NCBI GenBank assembly: GCA_965235115.1
Contig: OZ249436.1
Location: 31,808,001-31,872,000 of the forward strand
Reading direction: 5' to 3'
DNA from: Laetmonice hystrix
Taxonomy: Eukaryota
Length of the DNA: 64,000 bases
In this document: piece by piece, positions 39,703-51,882 of the stretch
How the letters are laid out: each line of letters starts with the position of its first letter
Numbering within the stretch: the stretch's first letter is position 1
Translations under genes and position numbers: made by a program
The notes under the pieces: model-generated
Databases searched by the model: none
What the model saw: only the letters and a program-made list of their open reading frames with translations
Told to the model about the DNA's origin: nothing

Positions 39703-40990
39703 CAGTGCGTATGAAAAAAAGGTAATCCAAATTCAGGGGGCTAATATGCCAAGATAATTATGTGTGACAATCCACATCTTGGTGTACCAATTAAGAGGAG
39801 CCCATCAGCTATCCATTGATACCTTTTGTGCATACCGGTAATACAGTAAACTCCGCCTAAGTCGAAACTTTTGGGACCAGCGTTTTTGTGTGGGCTTAGA
39901 GAAATGACGAGATGCACATAAGTCACCATTATGTCGATTGATGCATAAGATGACATATGGACTCCATGTGTATATCGATACACTGTAGCTATACACCGTC
40001 AGCACAAATTATGATAACACTGACGGCTATATAGGGCATCTCCAGTTAAATATACATGTTTACACGTAGCTGCAGTGTATTTCATGCTACTCAAAGAAAT
40101 TCCATCAACTCAAGAGAAACGAAAGAAAATCTACGGTAGGTAGCAGAACGTCACATTTGTGACGTTCGGAGGCTCATAATCTACCAGCGCCATGATTAGA
40201 ACACGGTGAGAAACAGATACCCGCTTGAAAGGTTCATTTTCCAGTACTACTGACCGGGCGGCCAGGCTTACGTTATAACTCGGGATTCTCCGTGTCGACT
40301 TAGAGGTAGAAATTTATATGTATAAACGTTACTTGGGGCCAGATTCGATGCGTCGGTTTAGGCCAAGTGGCGACTTACAAGTATCGGCTTTGACGATGTA
40401 TTCTACATAGAATTAACATTAGACCAAATCGGGACTTTGGGAATTGCGTCGACTTAGGTGATATGTCGGCTGTCACACATTACCGAGTATTCATTTATTG
40501 AAAATGACCAGTTCGAATTGTTTTTTCCCAAAGTTTGAAGAACCGGCGCAAGTCGGTCTGAAATGGAAGCAACACTTATTGACTGCCAAGTTGATTATGT
40601 AAGATTTGGACGGTGGGTTGGTTATCATTGGTTACATCATCCTGTCCTTCAAGGTGGGTATTTAAGAGGGGCCAGGTTACATGATATCCTTTGTGAATGA
40701 AGTCCAGTCATTCCTAAGAATATCTTGTTTGTTCTTCATTTTAGGTTGGAAAACGTCAGTTGCATTACTGACTTGCACCGCTTCCTCAGACTTGGAGAAA
40801 GGCGAAATGAACAGGGCATTTATACTAAATATCTACTTGGTCATGTGCGACGGCAGATACGCACGAAAGGTATTAATGGAAGGCCGAGGTGCTCCTCTTA
40901 ATTGGTGGCCGACATGTAACTTGTCACAGTAAATGACCTTCACATATTAACCCCTTGAATCCGGATTACCTTTTTTTTGGATACGCACTG
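39703..40990. mobile_element. Tc1-like non-autonomous element containing a nested pogo-like fragment (39844 to ~40468)
   Basis: TA|CAGTGCGTAT..AAAAAAAGGTAATCC..ATTCA.GGGG and its reverse complement |TA; the inner element starts TA|CAGTAAACTCCGCCTAAGTCG and lacks its right tip. Confidence 0.8.
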
Positions 40991-41059
40991 TATAAATACT
41001 GTATCCCAATCAATTCTACCATTCTTCTTTATTTCCAAGTTTCAAATATCAAATTTCAG

Positions 41060-42012
41060 CGTCCAGTGCCAACCATTGTAATAGAAGTCTAAACGGAGCC
41101 CCGCAAATATCTCACAACCATCTACGCTCACTGCTCAGCATGCCAATCTCAACCGCCGCAGAGACACCCACCTGTACTAATGCACCACTAGTACAGGTAG
41201 ACATCCCATCATTCGACTTGGAGCCCGCTGGACCAGGGATTCGTATTAGTAGGCCGACACAAGCAGAAACCCCAGACCTCTGTTGTGTTCTGCCTAATGA
41301 AACAGAGCCAAAGATTTTCACCAGTGTGCAAAAGGCTCACACCCAATTGTGCTCACTGCTTTTGACAGGAAGTTTACCAGATCAAGGCACACCTGCGACC
41401 AGCACATCACCTACACACAGAGACCTCCCTCATGTACAGTCAGGAAGTTCAGGGTCACCTGCGGGAACATCAACCAATACACAGAACGCAGAAAGGGACC
41501 TCGCTCATATAATACCTCACCAGTCAGGCACACCCACAGAGAGAGCAGCAGTAAGGACAGACTCCTCTGACTTGTCACCAAGTGGGTCAGGAACAGCCAA
41601 TAGCACCCAAGCAGCAACCCCAGTCCCATGGTTAAATCCACAAGTAACAGTGTCGGATACAATTAGCAGTTTACAAACAAAGTCCCACCTCCGCGCATTG
41701 CTTTCCACGATGACCACACCAAGCCAAGGGACACCTACCAGCCCAGAAGCATTAGGGAAGAATACTCCTGTGCTCCCACATTCTTCAGGGACACCCAAGA
41801 GGAACCGATCAATTCACATAGATCTCACTGGGTCACCGCCGCAGAGCCCAGAGACACCACCCGAAATATCCAACAGTAAACCAGCAGAAGATATTACCAC
41901 CCAAAGTTTATCACCACGGCTTGGCGGGGGTTATTGTCCAATATGTTGTACAGACGTTGGCTCTGAAACCGTGCTTAAAATGCACATGATCTTTCGGCAC
42001 GGCAAGCATTGA
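41060..42012 (+). CDS. Gene 2 alternative terminal exon A: S/T/P-rich region plus one C2H2 finger
   Basis: tttcag| phase 1, in frame with ORF 41140-42012; CPICCTDVGSETVLKMHMIFRH. Confidence 0.75.
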
Positions 42013-42203
42013 CTTTAATCTTAACATGGTTAAATTATAATTGTTGCACCAAACAAATCCAAGTACCAGTCAATTACGAGAGAAGAAACCTCTGTTACTT
42101 TGTGGGACTTGAAGATAACTACCTTGGACGTTTGCGTCCAATTTGTTTTCGATTAACCAATCACAGCGCTCCCTTTGATTAGACTTCATTAGTTTCTAGC
42201 CTA

Positions 42204-42351
42204 CAGTAGCGTACCCGGGGGGGGGGGGGTGCTTGGGTTGCTCAAATTTTTTTTTTGCGCTTGTTGCCCATAGCCCCCTCCCAATTTGCAGCGCCTATGA
42301 CGTTGGTTATTTCCAGCACCCCCCTGGGTCCAGTTTCTGGGTACGCCACTG
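42204..42351. mobile_element. CAG..CTG MITE with 5-bp TSD GCCTA
   Basis: CAGTAGCGTACCC / GGGTACGCCACTG, GCCTA on both sides. Confidence 0.8.
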
Positions 42352-44461
42352 GCCTATGTGCGTAGTTAAGACACCTGTGTACCAACTACCTCTTCGAATC
42401 CAAGGCGAGCGGTGATATTTTCATAGATCAAAGCTACATGCCTAGGTTATGTACGTGGATAAATAATAAGACTGCATTGTTGCCTTTTCTTTTAAAGAAT
42501 ATCAACTGACTTCAACGATAGGTTCAAGGTTTATAACTCGAAAACCTGCCGCTGAAGCTTCCCAGTAGCTGTTCCCTGATCCGAACCCATACCTTGCCGA
42601 ATGAACAGTAACTGACCAAACCCTATACATGTATAGTACAGTATATTTCCCCCTTCTCTAGATTAAGAATGTTCAAGTGGATTTGACTTATGAATACCGC
42701 CAACACCCATCCTGGCTGTCGGCCCACTGACCCTTGTTTTGGTTGAAGATCGTCAGCCCCAGATGGCAATTGTCGGCCAATATAAGATAAAGTGGGCAGT
42801 TGTTTTTACATCAGTCTTTAAGAAAAGTTTTCTTGTTCATAATGGCATGTTATAACACAAACATGCACGTACGTGCTATGATAAAACTGCTGACAACGTG
42901 CGTGTGCGAGTGTAGCGGCCCCTGGTGGCAAATGGCGGAACTAACCTCCGGCCTGGCATGGGATGATTTTGCTTGGCTTTGGAAAGAGCGCCGCACCCCG
43001 AACTTTAAGCTGGGACCATGGGGTAAAAAAATGCGGTGATCTTTCTGGTATACGGTACACACCAAAGCCGGCTCCAAGGACAACTTAGACTTAGTACCAG
43101 ACACCGCTGAATTGGAGATACTGTATAAAAATGCCCAATAACTTTATTCCTTCGGCAAGGAAATTCATTGTGACTGTGTACTATTCATCAGTGTAACTCT
43201 TACAAATAGAGATGACAACCAGTTGAAGAAATTGTGCCATCTAATGATAACCCAAAAATGTTGCATCATAACAATAGAAAATAGAAAATGTCTGCCATGA
43301 AATTTTTGTGAGCAAGGTGTGTACGGAACTTAGATCTAAACTTGAAAACAGCAAGAGTTATAATTCCCTTTCCATGGTGATCTTGGAAGTACTGGTTTCT
43401 TTCACCCTTATAGATTAAACTAGATTTTTGCTATAGTAGGCCTTAATTCCTAAAACATGTATTTATCATTTAAAGTGATACATTTAGAGATATTTCGCTA
43501 ATCAGTATTTTCCAATGTCATTTACAGTTTGAATAAACAATATTGATAACCATAATTACATGTATAGGAAATGATCATTTTTTAGCCTTAGCTTAGAAAG
43601 CAGTAGTTTCTGTAGATCTTTGATACAGGTATTACGTCAAGCTTGTGCTGTGTTTGTGCTCACTGCAAGGGCTAGTTATACGAGTGAGGAGGGCTATTAA
43701 TTAGGTGGTATTTTGGTTGAAAGTAACAAAAACAAGTTCTTTCGCTGTTTTGGTGATGTGGTCTTTCAATCAAATTGATTGATAAACAAAAGGCGCAAGA
43801 CTATCCTCATTTTCCGTCAGAAATCAGCATTTCAGAGCAAGCCCCGTTAGACTGGGAATGGGATGCGCGCATCCATCGTCGGTTTGTTTACAGAGACGTA
43901 TGAGACGCACATGGTACCTATCCATGAGGTCAAGAGGCGGTTCAAACAAATGCCTCATTTTTCTGTATGGAATTCAGAATATAACTCTAGAATTAGCTTT
44001 AACTGTCAGGAGAAAAGTCAATCCGTGCCCTACAAAGTGTGCCTTTAAGAAAATGAGTCACTGTGTAATAAACTAATAAGCAAATTGTTTCCAATTGTTG
44101 AACAGTCTATATCCCAAGTTTACAGCAGTTCCTATTAGAGTTTCACAAGAAATATTCCAAAACATATTTGTTTGTAAAAAAAAACCTATAAGATAAAACA
44201 AGGGGTGTTTTTATTTTTATTTTATTTTTTATTTTTTGGTATGAAGATTTGTGAGGTGCTAGGAGTTCTTCGGTGTAATTTATACGTAAATGAAGCCTAA
44301 ATATGTAGGGACGGACTTACTGATATTGGCTTAGGGTATATAGAAAGCTTCTTGCGTACATTTTTATTGAAATCATGGCTTGCCCAGTAGTTAGAGAGAT
44401 TTGATAAAGCATGGCATGCACCTTTAAACTTAAAAACTGATTTATAATAACCCTGTTACAG

Positions 44462-44917
44462 GCAGAAAGGAAGGAGGGTGGGCCCTGCAACAATCGTAGA
44501 AGGAACCACTTCAAAAGTAGATGGGTTGAGGAGACATCTAAGACAGCGAGCCTGGCCACGGCCCCAACGCGCAAGCCCTCAGTGCCAGGATGGCCGCCCG
44601 TAACCCTGCATCAGGACGTGGGCAAGTCCGTGTTTCACGGCATTCTTGGGACGGACTTTTACAGTACTTGTCCAGTTTGTCAGAAGATGTGCAACACGCC
44701 GTCCCAACTCAGGGTGCACATGAGGGTGCACACTGGGGAGAAGCCCTACAGGTGCACAGTTTGCGGAGCCTCCTTTTCGCAGTCTGGACACCTTCACCAG
44801 CATAAGAGGAGTCACTCGGCAGACCGGCCGTACAAATGTGATATCTGTGGTGCAGCATTTAATTTGTCACATAACCTCAACAGACACCAGAAGGTACACA
44901 TCAAAGAGACTGACTGA
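44462..44917 (+). CDS. Gene 2 alternative terminal exon B: three C2H2 fingers
   Basis: ttacag| phase 0, open into CPVC..H TGEKPY CTVC..H SADRPY CDIC..H; ATTAAA at 44947. Confidence 0.85.
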   Translation, partial: AERKEGGPCNNRRRNHFKSRWVEETSKTASLATAPTRKPSVPGWPPVTLHQDVGKSVFHGILGTDFYSTCPVCQKMCNTPSQLRVHMRVHTGEKPYRCTVCGASFSQSGHLHQHKRSHSADRPYKCDICGAAFNLSHNLNRHQKVHIKETD

Positions 44918-46883
44918 CTAACGGGGCCTAGCGCCTGGGGTATTGCATTAAATGTAAATGTAACTTCCTTAAAGACAACTTTATAAATATCGTTTGGAAT
45001 CTTCACTCCGCCCTTATACGTGTCGCGGACATTCGTTTGTAGCAGGCATCTAATTTAACTGTTCCTTAATGCTTTGGGTTATGAAAGACTGATTTGCCGA
45101 AATCGGGAACCCCATCCAACTGATTACACCACGTCACCTTGAAGAATATGACAAAAAAGAAAGCACCATGTTCTTTCATGACTTGCAAAAAGGTGATAGA
45201 ACCGAAGGCATATGAATATTATGCCGTTCCACCTTGATTATGCCACCAGTTAACTGGTCAGACGCAGCCGGAATGTACAAGATTCGTAGAGTTTAAGGTG
45301 AAAAGGTACCAGGTGAAATGGCGGGCACTAAAAAGCCAGGGGTCTGCGCTATGTGACAGCAGATATCAAGGTACATGTACTTTGAAGGTAGGGTCATTTG
45401 TTGATTAAGAAATTAATTTCTTTTTTTTGGCGTTATTTGTTGATTAGAAAATTAGTTTATTATTTTTTTGCATGGACGTCAGAAAATACAGAGTTAGAAT
45501 TATAGTATGGTGTATAGTCCAGAGAGAAACGTTTAGTTTGACTCGATACCTTGACCATCTCTGGACTTGGCGACTGGGTTTGAAAACGGATTGGGTGGAC
45601 TAACAGACTGGGTTGGAAGATGTTCAGTCTGATCCTTATTTTCATATCACTGGGTGAGGTATCTTCTATTGTCGGTATATAATAATTGACGACATATTAC
45701 GATATTGTTGCTCAAAATATACCGTTTTTATGCCATTATTGAAAACTTTGATATTGGACCTTCATGGGACACGTTGAGATTGTTGTCTACCGACCTGGAG
45801 GCGGAGGAAAAGCAAGTGCTTAATTAGCAAGGTCGAATTAGAAGATCCCGCGGGGGGGGGGGGGGGGAAATGTCCACGGGACAGCCGGCAGGGGGCTCAG
45901 TTGCGGAGGGGGGGGGGGGGGTAGGAGTAGAAGAACCAGAACGATCCCCATTCCCATAAGATTAAAAATATTTTTTAATTACTACTATTTGCAATTTTAT
46001 CTGGAACAATATACATTTTTATTGTATGCTTCATAACACTGACCCCCAGAATCTTACCGTTTACCGTCTTGACACGTGGCAATACAAGGGACTAGACTGG
46101 CCATTGCATGGCCATCTGTGAAGGCTTTAAAAATGAGGGTTGCAGGGGCGATCATTGAATAGCCCTCTGAAGTTTCTTCAAAAGATGAACATTTTGAAAA
46201 GCCAAGAAAACGTTGTAGCTATATTGTGGCTAGGTATGGTTTGTCCAGTATACGGGGTCAGATCAGGAAATAGCTCAACCATTCCAAGAACCTTTTTCGC
46301 CTGACCATGAGGTCCAAATCCCCGCATGTGGCTATCTTTTGGGTGAAGCGATGTATTGGGTAGTATTTTGGGTAATTACTATTGAAAAACATAACGTCGT
46401 GAAGGTGATCATTCGAGTTTGAGGGACAGCTTTGTCTCCAAAATGTAGAAAAGAATCGATACCAAATCAACAGTCGAACTAGACCTACTGGTACTTTTAA
46501 TAAGAGACTTGCAGATATACGAATGTGTTTGTGATGATTTCATTTACCGAATGTTACGTGGATAACTTAACAAGTCCGCAAAGATTAGATGCTCAATCGC
46601 TTATTGTTTTCTGAAATACGTTCATGGAAATATTTTATTATAAAGAAAGCGGGGTGATATTTGGTTTCACACACATAATCAACTTGGCAATTTTTTAAAA
46701 TACTATAATGATCACTTCCTGTACAGGGGGAGGAGCAGTTATGGCATTTGTATATAGGCAGGATGTAATTTTATTAGCAGGACGGGAAGATTTAATTGAA
46801 ATGATACAAAAATTAGTATTCCCAATGATACATGAATGGACTGGCCCCGCATCCTGAGTGACAGTCTGTCCTTGCTCTTCCAG

Positions 46884-47204
46884 AAGTGTCCAGGAACCAG
46901 TGATGATCAGGCAGTAATGCGGCATTCCTATGAGCCTATCCCAAGTGTACCAGCTGAGTTGTTTGGGTACAACTCCAGTTCAAACCCTAGGGCAAATAGG
47001 TTTCAGCCGGGCAAACGGTCGCAGGGCAAACCGCACGTATGTGAGACCTGTGGAAGTGACTTTACAACTGTGGGTAACCTGAGGCAGCACCAGAGGATAC
47101 ATGCCGTAGTGAAACCATACCAGTGTTCTGACTGTGGGAAGAGCTTTGTCAGGAGGAACCATCTAACCCAGCATTGGCTAAGGCGGCATTCTACTAGGCG
47201 GTGA
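46884..47204 (+). CDS. Gene 2 alternative terminal exon C: two C2H2 fingers
   Basis: cttgctcttccag| phase 0; CETC..HQRIH..KPYQ CSDC..HWLRRH; AATAAA at 47599. Confidence 0.85.
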   Translation, partial: KCPGTSDDQAVMRHSYEPIPSVPAELFGYNSSSNPRANRFQPGKRSQGKPHVCETCGSDFTTVGNLRQHQRIHAVVKPYQCSDCGKSFVRRNHLTQHWLRRHSTRR

Positions 47205-48066
47205 CGTCATTGGTTAGTGGATGCCAAGTGAAAACGAATTGATTCGTTGAATGCACTCTTGTTTTTCGACAGCAATAGGCTATGAATACTTTTGATACTG
47301 CTAAGGCATTTTTTTAAGACAGATTAGGATTTTTTTCCATATCTGTAAGGAGAACATGCTAACATTTGTTGTTGCTGTTTGCAAGTAGAAACAATTAACT
47401 CCACAGATACCGATTTCACGTCCCGAAGTTGTTTGAAAGGCGAAGGGGAAACCCTTCCATCACTAAAGAAGCAAGCATTGGACTTTTCTGAGTTTCTTTT
47501 TTTATAAAAACCATAGGTTGCGTTATTCCTGGAAAAAATCCATTCAGTCCTACACATGTGAATGTCTTTAAACTCCATATAATTATGTCCACACGACGAA
47601 TAAATTTTGTAAAAGAAAATCTTTGTTTTTCTGGGGTTGGTGGATGGACACTAATATTAGTATGGTAAAAAGTTATTTGCGGTTTTGCATCATATGAAAG
47701 CTTAAAAACAAAAGTTGGAGAACTTAGATTAGGGTAGTAACGAGCCCAATTTCATTATTTGAACCAGAGGTTCATGGACACCATTGGCGATTATAAGTTG
47801 GCACTGGCATAGATTTGGATTACGAATCAGTAGGCCTATCGGTCCATGATGGCATCGATGATTCATTTGGAATATGAAATAGATAACAGGACCTCTCCCG
47901 AAAGGTTTGGGGGAGCAACCAAAAATTGACAACATATTTCAATTAGGCCTACCAATAGTACCTTACTGTGGTACGGTAGTTCAAATTCTCACTGATAAAT
48001 TATTAGTTATTTTAGTTTATTAATTATTTCGTGCATTATTTTATGGATTTGCTGTTGGTCTTGCAG

Positions 48067-48417
48067 GTATCGAATCAGCCCTCCAGAGGCCGGGAGACAG
48101 ATGTGCCTGCCGCAAACCATGGTGTGAAGGACGGACGACATCGGTGTACATTCTGCGGCCGGTTCTTCCGAAACACCTCCCGTCTCACCATTCACCTGCG
48201 CTCACACACAGGCGAAAAGCCGTATTCCTGCGAGACGTGTGGAGCAAGGTTCTCGCAGTCGTCACACCTGGGCCAGCACGTAGTCATTCACACCGGCTTA
48301 AAACCGTACAGGTGTTTTCTGTGTCAAAAAAGTTTCTATCGGAGAAGCTATCTTATCAGACATTGTACTCTGCAACATTCCACGGCAACCCTGCCCCCCA
48401 TGGCGGGGTCCGAGTAA
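48067..48417 (+). CDS. Gene 2 alternative terminal exon D: three C2H2 fingers
   Basis: tcttgcag| phase 0; CTFC..H TGEKPY CETC..H TGLKPY CFLC..H; AATAAA at 48999. Confidence 0.85.
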   Translation, partial: VSNQPSRGRETDVPAANHGVKDGRHRCTFCGRFFRNTSRLTIHLRSHTGEKPYSCETCGARFSQSSHLGQHVVIHTGLKPYRCFLCQKSFYRRSYLIRHCTLQHSTATLPPMAGSE

Positions 48418-49497
48418 TTCATCATGGTCCAGGGAGTATGTCACGGGCTGTATGTACTTAAGACCTGCTGGTACCGTAGACGTGTGATGGTGTAAATTTG
48501 GATGTACAGATCTGCAGGACACTTCTATTAAAGGGGCCTGGTCAATTAAAAGCCACAACATCGACCCCCTCTCATATTAAACAACCTAGATTTACCTGCA
48601 ATCTCGTAATAATTCGAAAGCAAAACAACTGTGCATGTAGTTGTAATATGGAGGCTCCACGCAGCCACACCGATTTGCCATGGCGGTGGTTTGTAACTTG
48701 TAATTTTCTTACATTTGTTGATCGCCATATTGAAATAATTATGTTGGTATTAAAGGATGAAAGGTACGTTTCATATTTGGGGGAATTGACGGAGTCCCTT
48801 TCATTTTGTCATGACCAGAAAAAAAAAATAACCCCGATACACTGGCTATAATTGAAGCCATGAGGCGTTGTGTCATAGACATAGACCTATACCATACTAG
48901 GTTATAGGATATAGTTCTTTCTATGTCTATGGTTTAATGCAGTACAATTTAATAAGGTATAGTCAATAGTTTTTTATTAATAGACTTATTAATATAACAA
49001 TAAAGCTGTACAATTTCCCTATGTACCATGTCCGTGTTTTTAGTCTTCGGATTTCAACGGCGACGGGAAACCAAGCCCAATAAGGCAAGAGATCGATTTG
49101 CAATAGTTGGGGGACCAACAGGATGTGAGTTTGGGGCGCGGCATCCGTTTTGTTGTTGTTTTTGTTTTTCTAAAACCGAACAAGATTTCGTTTAAGGAAA
49201 GAAGTATCGAAGTAGGCCTATTTAAGCATGAGGGAATAGCGTATATAGCCTAGGCATACTTGGAGGGCCCCTCCCGCCTCCCATTGGCCTTTGATCCACA
49301 CTGGGCCTACCCTAACCGCTAATGAGACTCTGCCCCAAGTTAGCGCCAGGACCTGCCAAATCTTTTTGCTTACCAAATGGGAGAAACTCCCACTTGAGGT
49401 AATCCCAGTCGGGAGATAATTCGCGACGAAACGGTACCAGTGATCAGACGTCTTGTAAATACAAGTATAGGCTATTGATGTATAGCATGCAGAGATA

Positions 49498-49752
49498 CAC
49501 TCTGAAGAAATAAGGGTTCTTAGAGGTTCTTTGTAGAACTTTGGACGTCCACCTGGAACCAAAGGGTTCTATACGAAGTAAAAGGGCTCCTTGTAGAAAA
49601 GTTAGGTTTCACATGGAACCAAAAGGTTCTGTACGGGGGAGAAGGGTTCCTTGTAGGAAAATTAGGTTCCAAGTGGAACCAAAGGGTTCTATACGGAATA
49701 AAAGGGTTCCTGTTATGAAGGTAAAGTTCCACATTAAACCTATAGGTTCTTT
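49498..49752 (+). mobile_element. End of a CACT-terminated (EnSpm/CACTA-like) element with ~60-bp subterminal repeats
   Basis: CACTCTGAAGAAATAAGGGTTCT followed by 3-4 units containing GGAACCAAAGGGTTCT; related fragment at ~58755-58890. Confidence 0.55.
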
Positions 49753-51240
49753 AGGCCCCTATACTCAGAAGAAGGTTGTTCGATCAATATTAATTTAAGG
49801 ATCTTGACACTCTATGACCTCTGTTTGAAAAGGTGAGGCACACGTTTGAACAGATGCAATTTGTCATTTATTATTACAGTGATAAATATATTGAAAAAAA
49901 TATGTTTAGCATACACCACCTGCCTGTAAGGATTAGGAACCTTTATAAACCGCTTAGCCGTGGTATATCCGTCGCACTTCATTATCCATACGCAGTCGAT
50001 GGACTACACAACGTTGGGCCCTGAACGAGTATAATGTGACGCTCTCTGACGTCAGCAGAGGGATTATTTTGCCATCTATACCTCCCTAGGAAGGGTTATT
50101 AATCGAAAACGTGACCTATCGATGACGTCTGCATAAATTAAAAGTTCACCAACTCCAATTCAGTCTCCGCCGACGTTTACCAAAGCCTGAACATGCTTCT
50201 GGAAAGGAAATGTCATGAAAATGATCTACGCCCTGGAACTGAAGATTGGCTGTATCTTGCCAACATTTACGTTAGATTGTGTTTGTTTACATGTCGAAGC
50301 GAGCCTTGTCGCACCTGCCAGCTACTGTCAGCTCACAAGGTGGGCGGGGCATAAAGACAGTTCCACCAATAAGATTAGAGGTTTGAAAATTTGCATATGG
50401 GCCGAAAGCATTATGGGATGCCGATGGATGACACAACGGAATGGTCACGGGAAGGCGGAACTGGCATGCACCAACAAACGCCAAAAAATGGGAGTAAATT
50501 ATGTAGTGTCAAGTGCTTTATTTAATATAAAATTTGGTTTAAAAAGGCATCAGACCCTGGCCCTTGGTGGTCACCCTCGGGTCTGGCGTCAGATAACCAT
50601 TCCCTCGGGGCTTCGAGGCCAAACAGTACAGGGAGGCCAAACAGTACAGTGAGTGAGGAGTCCCTACATGGTACTGGTTGGCCTAGTACCCAAGCAAAGA
50701 GTACAGTGAGGTAGTAGAAATGGAAGGTATAGGCGAGGGGCATCTACTGTTAACATTTCGAGAGTATACTGAAATGGGAAGTATACATTTCACAGCCATT
50801 TATCTGTAGCGAACGTACGTGACGGAAATGTTTTACAGTAATTTTGAATACTTTCAAGAAGCACACGATATTTATACAAAGCCAACACATGGAGGCAATC
50901 ATATTCCATGGTTTTGATATAGAAATATTTCGATGCCCCTTAAACAGTGAAGACTGAAGTGCTCTCTTTTTTATGAGCGAACGTACGTGATGAATACTAG
51001 GCAAAAATTCCAGTAGCGAATTACAATACTAGATATGCATACAAACATTGCAATAAAGACGTAATATTATATATCCCTACAGTACTGGCTACCGTTGTAT
51101 GCAAGCAGACAGTACAGGGAGGCCAAACAATACAGTGAGGGCAAACAGTACAGTGTGGCCAAACACTCTCATTTCGGAAGATGTGTGTAGGGGGGAGGGT
51201 CCATTGTCCTGCTCGACCACCAAAGCTCCTTTTTTAGGGG

Positions 51241-51337
51241 AGTCGCGGTGGCCGAGTGGGCATGGGTGTCGACACCTTATGCTATGCGAATGGGTGCAGT
51301 AATCTTGGGGCCGGGGTTCGATTCCTGTAGAGGACTA
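51241..51337 (+). pseudogene. tRNA-like / tRNA-SINE head, copy 1
   Basis: A box TGGCCGAGTGG 51249-59 and B box GGTTCGATTCC 51315-25; acceptor and anticodon stems pair poorly. Confidence 0.5.
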
Positions 51338-51573
51338 TACAACTTTTCTCTTTAGGGACATTGTCAAAGTAATTGGGTTACCCCTGATGCCCGTGCATTT
51401 CAAAAGAAAAATACAGTCTACGCCAGTGCCAGGATTACCTTAACAGTCAATGTTCGGTAGAAATCATGTGTAGCTCTATCTAGGAAAATATGGATTCCGT
51501 CTTATTTCGGAAGATGTGTGTAGGGGGGAGGGTCCATTGTCCTGCTCGACCACCAAAGCTCCTTTTTTAGGGG

Positions 51574-51670
51574 AGTCGCGGTGGCCGAGTGGGCATGGGT
51601 GTCGACACCTTATGCTATGCGAATGGGTGCAGTAATCTTGGGGCCGGGGTTCGATTCCTGTAGAGGACTA
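51574..51670 (+). pseudogene. tRNA-like / tRNA-SINE head, copy 2
   Basis: Same sequence as 51241-51337. Confidence 0.5.
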
Positions 51671-51882
51671 TACAACTTTTCTCTTTAGGGACATTGTCAA
51701 AGTAATTGGGTTACCCCTGATGCCCGTGCATTTCAAAAGAAAAATACAGTGAGAGCTGCCCACATGGACTGACTAGCCTTATACTCGAGCAAACACTACA
51801 GTGAGGGTTCCCTACATGTATTGACTGGCCTTATGACGCCTCACTGTAGTGTTTGCTCGAGTATAAGGCCAGTCAATACATA

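Larger units (their letters stand above)
51171..51750 (+). repeat. Near-identical ~248-bp direct repeat (period 333) containing a tRNA-like unit
   Basis: 51171-51418 matches 51504-51750. Confidence 0.9.
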
